Assembly: GCF_963921235.1 (NCBI RefSeq)
Contig: NC_086097.1
Coordinates: 53,136,001-53,200,000 of the forward strand
DNA from: Mobula hypostoma
Taxonomy: Eukaryota
Direction of reading: 5' to 3'
DNA length: 64,000 nucleotides
Part shown: piece by piece, positions 24,904-36,947 of the stretch
Position numbering within the stretch: the first letter of the stretch is position 1
Layout: each line of letters begins with the position of its first letter
The notes under the pieces: generated by a model
What the model was told of the DNA's origin: nothing
Database searches by the model: none
The model's input: the letters and a program-made list of their open reading frames with translations, nothing else
Position numbers and translations under genes: made by a program

Positions 24904-26219
24904 TTTTTATAAATGCACACTATTTGATAACTTGGATTGCTAATATTTGGAATGCAACCCCAAAAGGATTAAAGGATGCTCTAGCTTTTGTGACTTAACA
25001 TAAGCTTGGAACTAAGTAAACCTCTGGGGTGCGAGATGTGGGTGACTGGATGAGGATGAGGATGAGGAGCAGAAGACCTGTTAGTTGGAGGCGGAGAAGG
25101 GCAAATTCCATTCTAGGAGAGCAAAATCCTGCCCGTGGTCACTTTCTTCAGACCATCAAGACTTAGTTGGCTTTTCTCTCCATTCCTAACCATCAAAAGG
25201 TCTCTGCAACATCTGTATATCTACCTACTCAAATTAGCATCCTGGTTCCTTCAATGACCTCTACAAAAATTTAGATCCTATCATCCTCACCCCGCGGACC
25301 ACATAATTTTTCTTTGTTCACGTGGGTTCTTTAGTCCTTCACATCAGGTTTGCAGATGTGGCGTAGACAAATGTCAGGAAGCCTAGCGTGTCATCACTGT
25401 TATGCTTCAGGTTCTGGGGTGAATCTTCCCTTCACTTCCCCGTTTGTCTCTCCCTCCCTCCCCATTTTGAGCGACTCCATCTATTGCCAATTACAATCAC
25501 TTCCATTGTAATTTCTTACCTGATTCACAGGTTTTCTGCATTCTAGGCTTGTCTTCGTACCTGCTATAAATATTCACAGTACTTTATTTATGAACAAGGC
25601 AAAATATAAAAAAAAGGACCACATTTCCATTATCAGCAACAAAGGAGAGGAAATATCACAAAAACTCAATAGAAATAACATTGCTCCAGAAAACAGATTA
25701 ACAGTTAGGATGGGGGCTTTTATTTAGAGGAGGAAGAGGACCTCTAAACTTTAATTGGTTTGTTTTCTCCATAAGTATTTAGACTGGCAAAGTTTCCAGT
25801 ATCTTTTAAAAAATTTATTTAATTGGATTCTCTTTCCATCAATAATCATCCATTGATATTTTCAGTAGTCTTCTGTTTTCCTTATCAGCTCCTCTATATT
25901 CAGATTTGTTCAGTATGAGTGTGAGGAAAGAAAGGCTTGCATTTGTATCCCAGGGTCGGAAATCTGAAGGAAATCCTTCAGCCAGCAAGCGTCCTGTCTT
26001 CTGTCACAAGTCCTCATTTCATTCCAAACCGCTTCGTCTTGCCACCTTAACATGGAACATGGAACATGGAAACATGAAGCTCAGAGCAGGCTTAAGGAAC
26101 ACATTTTCTGGGTGGGCACATTACTGACAAAGTTCAAAATTCAAAGTAAATTTACTTGCAAAGTACATGTACTGTATGCCATCATATAAAACACTGGTTT
26201 CTTCAGGTTGTTACAGCCA

Positions 26220-26832
26220 GGGTCCACTACCTATTAAATGCTCCCGATGGCGCGGGTTTCAGTCCGTCTCCCGGGCTTCACACGTGGCTTAGCTACAGTA
26301 CTGCACCATTTTTCATGACGGGAAGGGTCAAAGGCAGGTTACTGGTACCTTAAAACCAGTCGCATCGGGCGGATGGGGCTTGTCAGCTCATGGAGGAAGA
26401 GGAAAACTCTGATCTCAAACCTCCGATGCCTTGCGGCTATACCCACTCATGGGGAAGGCTTCGAGGTAAACCCCGAGGTAAAATCCGCAGCTGGAGTCCG
26501 GAAGACAGCCCTACGTTGAGGTCAACACTGAATGGCGCCTCCTGCGACGTCGCTGGTGCAAAACTGTATCGGTTTCACCGTTTCTTGGGATTCATCAGCT
26601 GCGTGGGGAGGGGCAGCATGCTACCTGGGCAATAGCCCGCTCTGCATATCGCACTTCCCCGACTTGCATATCAAGTAACACACATCGAAGTTGCTGGTGA
26701 ACGCAGCATCTCTAGGAAGAGGTACAGTCGACGTTTCGGGCCGAGACCCTTCGTCAGGACTTGCATATCAGGTAGACGGCTGGGATGCAACATCTACGTT
26801 CAACCCTGACCAATGGAGGACCTCAACAACCC
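26220..26832 (+). mobile_element. CpG-rich non-coding SINE-like element (possibly RTE-related) hosting a Penelope mini-insertion
   Basis: Abrupt composition change within a REX tail; ends in caacaac; split at 26677/26758. Confidence 0.55.
26725..26761 (-). ncRNA. Minimal type-I hammerhead ribozyme motif (core intact)
   Basis: AGUC-CUGACGA-A-GGGUCUCGGCCC-GAAAC-GUC^GACU; predicted cleavage between 26730 and 26729. Confidence 0.8.
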
Positions 26833-27164
26833 CGAGAGTCATTTTCTTGTGGACAATTACAGTAAAGTATTGAGTATGCTTGCATCTGCATATTACTAAC
26901 ATTTACTATTATTTTCCTCTGGGGAATTAAAAAAAAAATTTAAATCTCCTTTTGACTATTCACTCCCCTTTACTGATCTATCTCAGCCAACGTGCCAAGG
27001 AGCCTTTTCCGGTCTCTTAACCTTTCGCTGACATTCCTTTCTGATCTCTCCCTTCCTCAATCTAAACTTTTCTTTCAAATCTCCAACTTTTCCCAGTCCC
27101 GATAAAAGATTATCAATCGGGAATGTTGACAGTTTCTCTCTTCACAGTTACACACAATCACGGA

Positions 27165-27487
27165 CTTCCCAGAACACCACAAAGCGAAATGTTTTTGAAA
27201 AGCAGTCACTGCTGTAACGCAGGAAACGCAGCGACCACTTTGCAATACGCAAGCACCCACAAACCGCAACGTGATAACGATGAGTTAATCTGTTTCAGTG
27301 CTGTTAACTGAGGGTAAACATAGTCTCATTGGTGTCGGAGCCAATCTGGTTCCTCTTTAAAACCGTCCCTTGGGATAATTTTGAAACTGTCTGAAACATA
27401 AGACATAAACTGTAACATAAGCTTGGTTTAACCTTTCATCGGAAAAATGGCAACTCTGATAATGCAACATTTCCCCAGTATTGAAAT
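27165..27487 (-). mobile_element. Ancient DeuSINE-like (SacSINE1/AmnSINE1-related) remnant
   Basis: Resembles, from recall, the reverse complement of the Deu domain and tail (...ttttgaa..gcagtcactgctgtaacgcaggaaacgcagcgacca...cccacaaaccgcaacgtgataa...ggtttaacctttcatcggaaa). Confidence 0.6.
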
Positions 27488-30400
27488 ATAGAGAAAATAC
27501 TAGAACTATACAGCAGATCAGGCAGTGTATGAGGAAGAGAAACAGTGCTTTATACTGGACATCTTTCAAAAACATCGTGCACAAGAGACGTTAATTCTTT
27601 CTCACTCCACGGATCTGCTGAGAATTTCTTGCCTTTTCTGTTTTCATTCAAATTTTCACCTCCGTTTTAAGACTCCCTTAATATTGCACGGGAATAATAG
27701 CCTAGACTGTTTTTTTCTGCTTGGATCTTTGGGATTTAAACCTATAACTTTCTGACAAGAATGTTTTAAATAAGTCACGAAACACATCAACTATCTGTTC
27801 TCACCACTGAATGAGGTTTGGTTACTTGAGAGGGATTCCAAAGTTTACCTTAATCCACTTAAGGCACTACTTAGGTTGAAATCTATAATTTACTCAAAAA
27901 ATGCTTTTCGTTGTCATGCAACATGTTGAATGAAGCTCAGAGCAGAAGGGATATTTTTGTATGCAATGTCGAGAACTGCAGAAATAGATTAACTACGTTG
28001 TGCAGCGTGAAGCATTTAGTTGGGCTGCAATTCAGCAAAGTAACCCTCAATGATCCCCACCCACCAGTCACCATGGAATCTACTAGGAGAGAAAAAAATA
28101 AACAAAACATTCTGGCCAAGCTAAGGAAAACACTGAAAAATTCTCTTATTATTAAACTAAAAATTGAACAAATATATTCCATTGGCAATTTGTCGACGTG
28201 TCATGTTGACTTTTACCAGCAACGTCTTTAACATTAGGAAATCCTGAATAAAGGAGCCTATTTAATGTTTAATTGAGATGAATTTGCTCTTCTTTTAAGT
28301 ACCACAATGGTGTTTCTCATTTGGCGTCCAGAAAGATTCCCGGAGTCCCAAGGCGCCTGCCTTGTGATCTCAGGTTCGAGTCATGTGTCAGATAATCTTC
28401 GTAGATGTGATCTGTGTATTCAAAGCCCAAATCGACTGAAATAGCTTCCAATAATGTTTTACAAATTGGAGGAATATTCAAAATTCTAAAGAAACACCCA
28501 TAATCCATTAACAACAGAGAAATCAGCCCTATTACCTGATCAGAAAAGTGCTAGACGTGAGCCCTCTCCCATCCGTACCCAAACCATTTCCAACTTTGGA
28601 CAATCAACATTTAGGTCATTTGTAACTTTCAGTAATTATCAAGAAAATTATTGATCAGCTTGTTTACTTTTATGTGTGCACGAAATAAACATGACGAAAA
28701 CTTAACCGATTGACGATCATCATCTGGTGACGGTGAACCGTACAGCGAAATGCGGCTAATGGAGGAGACGCTGTTAGACTTTGAGACGTTATGAGCTGAT
28801 GTATTCAGCTTTTGGCTCAACACGAATGAACAAAACATGCAAGTAAATACGTACTCAAGTGGATCCTTGTGTATATGTAGAGTCTATTTTATTTTGCTGA
28901 CTCCCAACCAGCAGTTTTGGGAAGGTACAGCATGGATCTGTTTCCCTGCTCCTTATGATTCACGCAGAGGGTCCTGTTACAGCACTGAGTTCCAAGTGAG
29001 AAAAAAGGAACTTTTTTTTTAGTTGTTTACAGTTGAACCTATAAAATGCTAGTTATATCTGTTATGACACATGCTCCAGCTATTTCTATCTATGAACCAG
29101 ACTTTTCATTGACCTACAGCACAAGGTCATTCAAAAATCGATCCGTTTTGATAATTAGATTTAATAGAGGTATTGAAAAGTTGTTGCACCTTATGGTTTA
29201 AGAATGAGTAAAGTGTCACAATATACATTCTGCTGAAGACAGACAGTGAAGTGGATTGTAGGGGAGGGCACTGCAGTACAGTACTGTACGTCCTGAGGGC
29301 ATGGCTTTGCCTCAGTGAGTGCTGCTTCCTCACGGTCCCGGTGATCCTGACTGCATTCTCCCGGAGACCATGGGGGGGGGGGGTCTTCTCTAGGTGCCCC
29401 ACTTTCTTTCCACATCTCAAAGTTGGGCTGCCACTGTAAACTACTCTTCAGTGTAGGTTAGGTGGCAAAAAGAATCAAAGGGAAATTAATCGGCACAAGT
29501 AAGAAAGAATAAGTTCCAGGGTACAGAGCAAGAAGAGGAGAAAATTGTATCAATCCCTGTGAGCCAGCATGTACAAAGCCCATAAATTAAAATTACATTT
29601 AATCATGTGCAAATGTGAATAGGATGTATATCTCAATTGCTATGTAATAAAATTTAGGTCCCTCCAGAATGTAAAGAAAGTGTCAAAAACCAAAACAGAA
29701 ATTGTTGGCATTACTCTAACATAATTTTATTTTAAAGCCATTACTAAGCCACTGTTCCTTATAATCTCAAAACTGCAATTTCAAAACAGCAGTGATTCAT
29801 TTTACAGAAGATTTGGAGTGGATGCAACCAGATAAATTACAGGTTTGAATGCAAGAAGCTGGGACTTTTTTTTGTTTTTAGTAGGGCATACAAGAAGTAT
29901 TGTACAGTACAAAAGAGATGACTTGATAGAGGTGTACAGGATGATAAGATCCTACCCAATCGCATGAATGGCAGCGATGCTTCACTACCAGATGAACTCA
30001 ACACCTTCTATGCACGCCTTGAAAGGGAGAACACAACTACAGCTGTGAAGATCCCTGCTGCACCTGATAACCCTGTGATCTCTGTCTCAGAAGCAAATGT
30101 TAGACTGGCTTTAAAGAGAGTGAACCCTTGCAAGGTGGAAGGTCCTGATGGAGTACCTGGTAAGGCTCTGAAAACCTGTGCCAACCAACCAGCGGGAGTA
30201 TTCAAGGACATTTTCAACCTCACTGCTGTGGGCGGAAGTTCCCACTTGCTTCAAAAAGGCAACAATTATACCAGTGCCTAAGAAGAATAACGTGAGCTGC
30301 CTTAATGACTATTGCCCGGTAGTGCTCACATCGACAGTGATGAAATGCTTTGAGAGGTTGGTCATGACTAGCCTGAACTCCTGTCTCAGCAAGAACCTGG

Positions 30401-30964
30401 ACCCACTGCAATTTGCCTATCGCCACAAAAAGTCAATGGCAAATGCAATGCCAGTGGCTCTTCACACGGTTTTAGACCACCTGGACAACATAAACACCTA
30501 CGTCAAGATACTGTTCATCGACTATAGCTCAGCATTTAATATAATCATTCCCACAATCCTGATTGAGAAGTTGCAGAACCTGGGCCTCTGTACCTCCCTC
30601 TGCAACTGGATCCTCGACTTCCCAACTGGAAGACCACAATCTGTGTGGATTGGTGATAACATCTGCTCCTCACTGACGATCAACACTGGTGCACCTCGGG
30701 GGTGTTTGCTTAGCCCACTGCTCTACTCTCTATATACACATGACTGTGTGGCTAGGCATAGCTCAAATACCATCTATAAATTTGCTGACGATACAACCGT
30801 TGTTGGTAGAATCTCATACAGAGACGCGAGGGCGTATAGGAGTGAGAAATGCCAACCTGTGGAGGGGTGTTGCAGCAACAACCTGGCACTAGAAGTCAGT
30901 AAGATGAAAGAGCTGATTGTGGACTTCAGGAAGGGTAAGACAAAAGAACACATACCAATCCTCA

Positions 30965-33092
30965 AACACGAGGAAATCTGCAGATGCTGGAATTTCAAGC
31001 AAAACACATAAAAGTTGCTGGTGAACGCAGCAGGCCAGGTAGCATCTCTAGGAAGAGGTACAGTTGACGTTTTGGGCCGAGGCCCTTCGTCAGGACTAAC
31101 TGAAGGAAGAGCTAGTAAGAGATTTGAAAGTGGGAGGGGGAGGGGGAGATCCAAAATGATAGGAGAAGACAGGAGGGGGATGGAAGGAGCCCAGAGCTGG
31201 ACAGGTGATTGGCAAAAGGGGTATGAGAGGATCATAGGACGGGAGGCCTAGGGAGAAAGAAAGGGGGAGGGGGGGAAGCCCAGAGGATGGGCAAGGAGTA
31301 TAGTGAGAGGGACAGAGGGAGAAAAAGGAGAGAGAGAAAAAGAATATAATAAGTAAATAAATAAGGGATGGGGTACAAGGGGAAGGTGGGGCATTAATGG
31401 AAGTTAGAGGAAGTCAATGTTCATGCCATCAGGTTGGAGGCTACCCAGACGGAATATAAGATGTTGTTCCTCCAACCTGAGTGTGGCTTCATCTTGGCAG
31501 TAGAGGAGGCCGTGGATAGACATATCAGAATGGGAATGGGACGTGGAATTAGAGGGTTAACATATGAGGAACGTTTGTCTGCTCTTGGACTGTATTCCTT
31601 GGAGTTTAGAAGAATGAGGGGAGACCTCATAGAAATATTTCGAATGTTAAAAGGCATGGACAGAGTGGATGTGGCAAAGTTGTTTTCCATGATGGGGGAG
31701 TCCAGTACGAGAGGGCATGACTTAAGGATTGAAGGGCGCCCATTCAGAACAGAAATGCGAAGAAATTTTTTTAGTCAGAGGGTGGTGAATCTATGGAATT
31801 TGTTGCCATGGGCAGCAGTGGAGGCCAAGTCATTGGGTGTATTGAAGGCAGAGATTGATAGGTGTCTGAGTAGCCAGGGCATCAAAGGTTATGGTGAGAA
31901 GGCGGAGGAGTGGGACTAAATGGGAGAATGGATCAGCTCATGATAAAATGGCGGAGCAGACTCGATGGGCCAAATGGCTGACTTCTGTTCCTTTGTCTTA
32001 TGGTCTTATGTCTTATGAAATTAAAATGTGTGGCCACTGGGAGATCCTGCTTTCTCTGGCGGACAGAACATAGTTGTTCAGTGAAACGGTCTCCTAGTCT
32101 GCGTTGGGTCGCACCAATATATATAAGGCCGCATCAGGAGCACCAGATGCAGTGTATCACCCCAGCTGACTCACAGGTGAAGTGTCGCCTCACCTGGAAG
32201 GACTGTCTGGGGCCCTGAATGGTGGTAAGGGAGGAAGTGTAAGGGCATGTGTGGCACTTGTTCCGCTTACAAGGATAAGTGCTGGGAGGGAGATCAGTGG
32301 GGAGGGATGGGGGGGGGAATGAATGGACAAGGGAGTCACGAAGGGAGCAATCCCTGCGGGGGGGGGGAGAGGGAAAGATGTGCTTAGTGGCGGGATCCAG
32401 TTGGAGGTGGCAGAAGTTACGGAGAATTATATGTTGGACCCGGAGGCTGGTGGGGTGGTAGGTGAGGACAAGGGGAACCCTATTCCTAGTGGGGTGGCGG
32501 GAGGATGGGGTGAGAGCAGATGTGCATGAAATGGGAGAGATGCATTTGAGAGCAGAGTTGATGGTGGAGGATGGGAAGCCCCTTTCTTTAAAAAAGGAGG
32601 ACATCTCCTTCGTCCTGGAATGAAAAGCCTCATCCTGAGAGCAGATGCGGCGGAGACAGAGGAATTGCAAGAAGGGGATGGCATTTTTGCAAGACACAGG
32701 ATGAGAAGAGGAATAGCCAAGGTAGCTGTGAGAGTCCGTGGGCTTATAGTAGACATTTGTAAATAAGCTGTCTCCAGAGGTAGAGACAGAAAGATCTAGA
32801 AAGGGGAGGGAGGTGTTGGAAATGGACCAGGTAAACTTGAGGGCAGGGTGAAAGTTGGAGGCAAAGTTAGTGAAGTCAACGAGCTCAGCACGCGTGCAGG
32901 AAACAGTGCCAATGCAGTCGTTGATGTAGCGAAGGAAAAGTGGGGGACAGATACCAGAATAAGTTTGGAACATGGATTGTTCCACAAAGCCAACAAAAAG
33001 GCAGGCATAGCTGGGACCCATATGGGTGCCCATAGCTACACCTTCAGTTTGGAGGAAGTGGAGGAGCCAAAGGAGAAATTATTAAGAGTAAG
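30965..33092 (-). mobile_element. Penelope-like element (RT + GIY-YIG), 5'-truncated, interrupted by a CR1
   Basis: MGTHMGPSYACLF...FLRYINDC...LPFLDL...YYKPTDSHSYL; FTCESAGVIHCIWC; 8-bp TSD aatcctca (30957-30964, 33093-33100). The hammerhead at 31061-31098 has GAAA>AAAA. Confidence 0.92.
31552..32015 (+). mobile_element. Young CR1-like LINE 3' fragment
   Basis: GLTYEERLSALGLYSLEFRRMRGDLIE; (TCTTATGG) tail; flanks tggaatta/tgaaatta. Confidence 0.9.
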
Positions 33093-34649
33093 AATCCTCA
33101 TAGAGGGATCATCAGAAGTGGAGAGAGTGAGCAGCTTCAAATTCCTGGGTGTCAAGATCTCTGAGGATCTAACCTGGTCCCAACATATTGTTGTAGTTAT
33201 AAAGAAGGCAAGCAGCGGCTATACTTTATTAGGAGATTGAAGAGATTTGGCATGTCAACAAATACACTCAAAACCTTCTATAGTTGTACCATGGAGAGCA
33301 TTCTGACAGGCTGCATCACTGTCTGGTATGGAGGAGCTACTGCACAGGACCAAAAGAAGCTGCAGAAGGTTGTAAATTTAGTCAGCTCCATCTTGGGTAC
33401 TAGCCTATCAAGTACCCAGGACATCTTCAGGGAGCGGTGTCTCAGAAAGGCAGCGTCCATTATTAAGGACGTCCAGCACCCAGGGCATGCCCTTTTCTCA
33501 CTGTTACCATCAGGTAGGAGGTACAGGAGCCTGAAGGCACACACTCAGCGATTCAGGAACAGCTTCTGCCCCTCTGCCATCCAATTCCTAAATGGCCATT
33601 GAACCTTTGGACACTACCTCACTTTTTAAAAAATATATAGTATTTCTGATTTTTGCACGATTTAAAATCTATTCAATATACATATACTGTATAAGATTTA
33701 TTATTATTATTTTATTCTTTTTCTTCTATGTTATGTATTGCATTGAACTGCTGCTGCTAAGTTAACAAATTTCACGTTACATGTGGGTGATAATAAACCT
33801 GATTCTGATTCTGAAGATAGATTGACTGGGCAGCCAGAGACTTGCACAGAATGAAAATAGCTAATATGAGGGGCCATAATTTTAAGGTGATTGGATGAAA
33901 GTATAGGGGGAAATGTCAGAGGCAAGTTTTTTTTTATATACAGAGCGTGGTGGGTGCATGGAATTTACTGCTGGGGTGGTGGTAGAGGCTGATACATTAA
34001 GACTGTTAGGTAGGCACATAGATAATTGAAAAATTTTGGGCTATGTGGAAGGGAAGGTTTAGATTGATCCTACAATAGATTAAAAGGTTTTCGCAACATC
34101 ATGGGCTGTAGTGCCTGTACTGTGCTGTAATGTTCTATGTAAAGGGAGTTAGCTTTAGCCATTTTGGTAATCTAGGGACCCAGTATGGGTTTATTAACAG
34201 CAAATGGTTTGGGACTAAGCTGACTGAATTTTATGAAGCAACAGAGATCAATTAAGTGGATGTAATAGGAGGTTGTTTATTTGGATTTGGATTTATTTGA
34301 ATCAAAGGGAAATGAGTGGGCATGTGTAAGAGAGAGTAAGTTTTAAAGTTCCACATAATAGACAAGTTGCAATAAATGATCAATAGTAATATAAGAAAGT
34401 GGCCCACAAGTGCAAGTTACATTGCTTTTTTGATACATGTTAACGCTTCTGCAGAAGGGAAGATCTCTGGTGTGTTAATAGGGAGAATGGAAATGGGGTC
34501 CTGATGGCTGAACCAGCGGGGAGTGGGGTGGGGTTGGTCAGTGATCCAGATGCTGAATCATTTGAATTTCCAAACAACAGAATAGCAGGTTATCATTGTT
34601 TTCCTGTGCAGAATGGTCAAGGATTGAAGGAATTCAGCTGCAAGATCAG

Positions 34650-35200
34650 AATGAAGACCGTAAAACCAGATGATATAGGAGCAGAATTAGGCTATTTGGC
34701 AATCGCGTCTGCTCAGCCATGTCATCAAGACTTATCCATTTTCCATCTCAACCGCAATCTCCTGCCTTCTCCTGTCTCTCTTCATGCCCTGACTAATCAA
34801 GAATATATTAACCTCTGCCTTAAATAAATTCAAAGACATGGCCTGCACAACCACCTGCGGCAACAAATTCCAGATTCACCACTCTCTGGCTAAAGAAATT
34901 CTTCCTCATCCCCTTTCTAACAGGACGTCCCTCTATTCTAAACCTGTGTCCTCTGGTCTTAGGCATAGGAAACATCCTCTCCACATCCACTCGAACTAAG
35001 CTTTTCAACATTCGTTAGGCTTCTTTGAGGTATTCTTCTGAATTATAGTGAGGAGAGGCCCAGAGCCATCATATGCTCTTTATGACAAGCCTTTCAATCC
35101 CAGAGTCAGTTTCATGAACCTCCTTTGAATCCTCTCCAATGTCAGTGCATTCTTTCTTAGATAAGGGGCCCAAAACTGCTCACAATACTCCAAGTGAGCC
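34650..35200 (-). mobile_element. CR1-like LINE 3' fragment
   Basis: TRGHRFRIEGRP...FFSQRVVNL. Confidence 0.8.
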
Positions 35201-36249
35201 CTTAGAGACACTTAAGAAACTCTTAAAAAGGCACACAGATGTTAGAAAAATGGAGGGGCATGTAGGAGGGAGTGCTAAGCTTGATCTTAAAGTAGGTTAA
35301 AAGTTTGGCACAGCATTATGGGCTAAAGGGCCTGTACTGTACTGTAACGTTCTGATTTCAGGAGTGCACTCACTAGCTGAAACTACTGTGCTAATTCAAG
35401 TCAAGAATCTATTAAATGGAAGGTGATCGCACAATTCATCCAGGCTGGTAGTAATACAAGGCTTCGGGAGCACCACAGACAGGAATGGCTGCATAGAAAC
35501 AGGTCAGTCCCTGGCCTGTAAACAAATATATTTTAAGTATGAACTGAGACCACATTTTCCTCTGTCCCTTTTATAACCTGAATCATGGTCGAGGAAGAGG
35601 TGTCTGCAGGATCAAAGCCAATCAGATTTTTCAGTCTCAAACTACTCAGTTCTGTGCCCCCCTTCCTTCCCATCTGCTGTCACTTGTAGAGTGTGTGTAC
35701 ATTCCAGTGTCATTCAACGTGTGCCTTTGCTTCTCTGAAGCTGATGTGCTGTGTCAGCCACCTGCAATCCTTCACTACCTCTCACTCGCACCACTAAAAT
35801 AAACAAAGGCTGCTTATGGGCACGCTTAGCATCTAACGGGCTGCTCACCGATACTGCTTCTTTATTTGGGCTGGATGCCGGTGTGTGTTTGCGATGGAAG
35901 TTGGTGCAGGAAGTGTGTGAGAGACACACAGTCAGAGAGCCCACTGATCAGGAAACCCAGGTGAAATGGCTGAGCTGCTGATCTTGTGGCCTTACACCAT
36001 CAGCAAACATGCTAATTTTCCACAAAACCAAGCAATGGAGATTTGGGGGTGGGGGGGGGGATGTTAGATCTTCAGGCCTATAGCCGCTTAAAAGGAATGG
36101 CTAGTGACATCATTAGACTCCTGGGGAGCAGCAGGAGGAGCGTGAAGGCTGTGGCTGCAGACCAGATGTAGGCAGCAAAGGCCTCAGTGACCATAGTCCA
36201 ACCTTCAGTGTTCCATGTCCAAATCCAGCTTAGACTGAGGTACAGAACT

Positions 36250-36845
36250 GTTGGGCACACTCCCGCTACGGCGTGACACCGTCGGGCACACTCCTGTCAC
36301 GGTGTGACACCGTCGGGCACACTCCCACAATGGCGCGACACCGTTGGGCATATCCCCGCCATGGCATGACACTGTTGGGCACGCTCCCACCATGCGTGAC
36401 ACCGTTGGGCACGTCCCCGCCATGGCATGACACCGTCGGGCACGTCCCCGCCACGGCATGACACCGTCGGGCACGTCCCCGCCACGCCACGGTGTGACAC
36501 CATTGGACACGCTCCCACCATGGCGTGACACGGTCGGGCACGTCCCCGCCACGGCATGACATTGTCGGGCATGCTCCCGCCACGCCACGGTGTGACACCG
36601 TCGGACACGACCCCACCACGGCATGGCACCATCGGGCACGCCCCTGCCTCAGCGTGACGCTCCCGCCACGGCGTGACACCGTTGGGCACGCCCCCGCCAC
36701 GGCGTGACACCCTTGGGCACACTCCCACCATGGCGTGACACCCTTGGCACACTCCCACCATGGCGTGACACCCTTGGGCACACTCCCACCGGGACGTGAC
36801 ACACTCCCGCAATGCCATGACACCATCGGGCACACTCCCACCATA
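36250..36845. repeat. ~31-bp GC/CpG-rich minisatellite, ~19 diverged units
   Basis: Unit gccacggcgtgacaccgtcgggcacactccc with variants. Confidence 0.92.
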
Positions 36846-36947
36846 GCCCCATCACCATGCAGTGCAACCATTTGCCAGCCAGTGTTGGTTCTGGTTCTAA
36901 AAGCGCTCTGAGAAATCACAGAGCTGTTCCAGGCACAAAGAGTGTAA

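Larger units (their letters stand above)
29951..33813 (+). mobile_element. REX1-like LINE (RT) interrupted by a Penelope element at 30965-33092
   Basis: ORF 30178-31011 ([28 protein letters not shown]) continues at 33093 (ILIEG..ERVSSFKFLGV); (TGATTC)n tail. Confidence 0.93.

Noticed and set aside
31130..31400. G-rich tracts with G-quadruplex potential
   Set aside because: A generic purine-rich part of the Penelope terminus; no locus-specific evidence.
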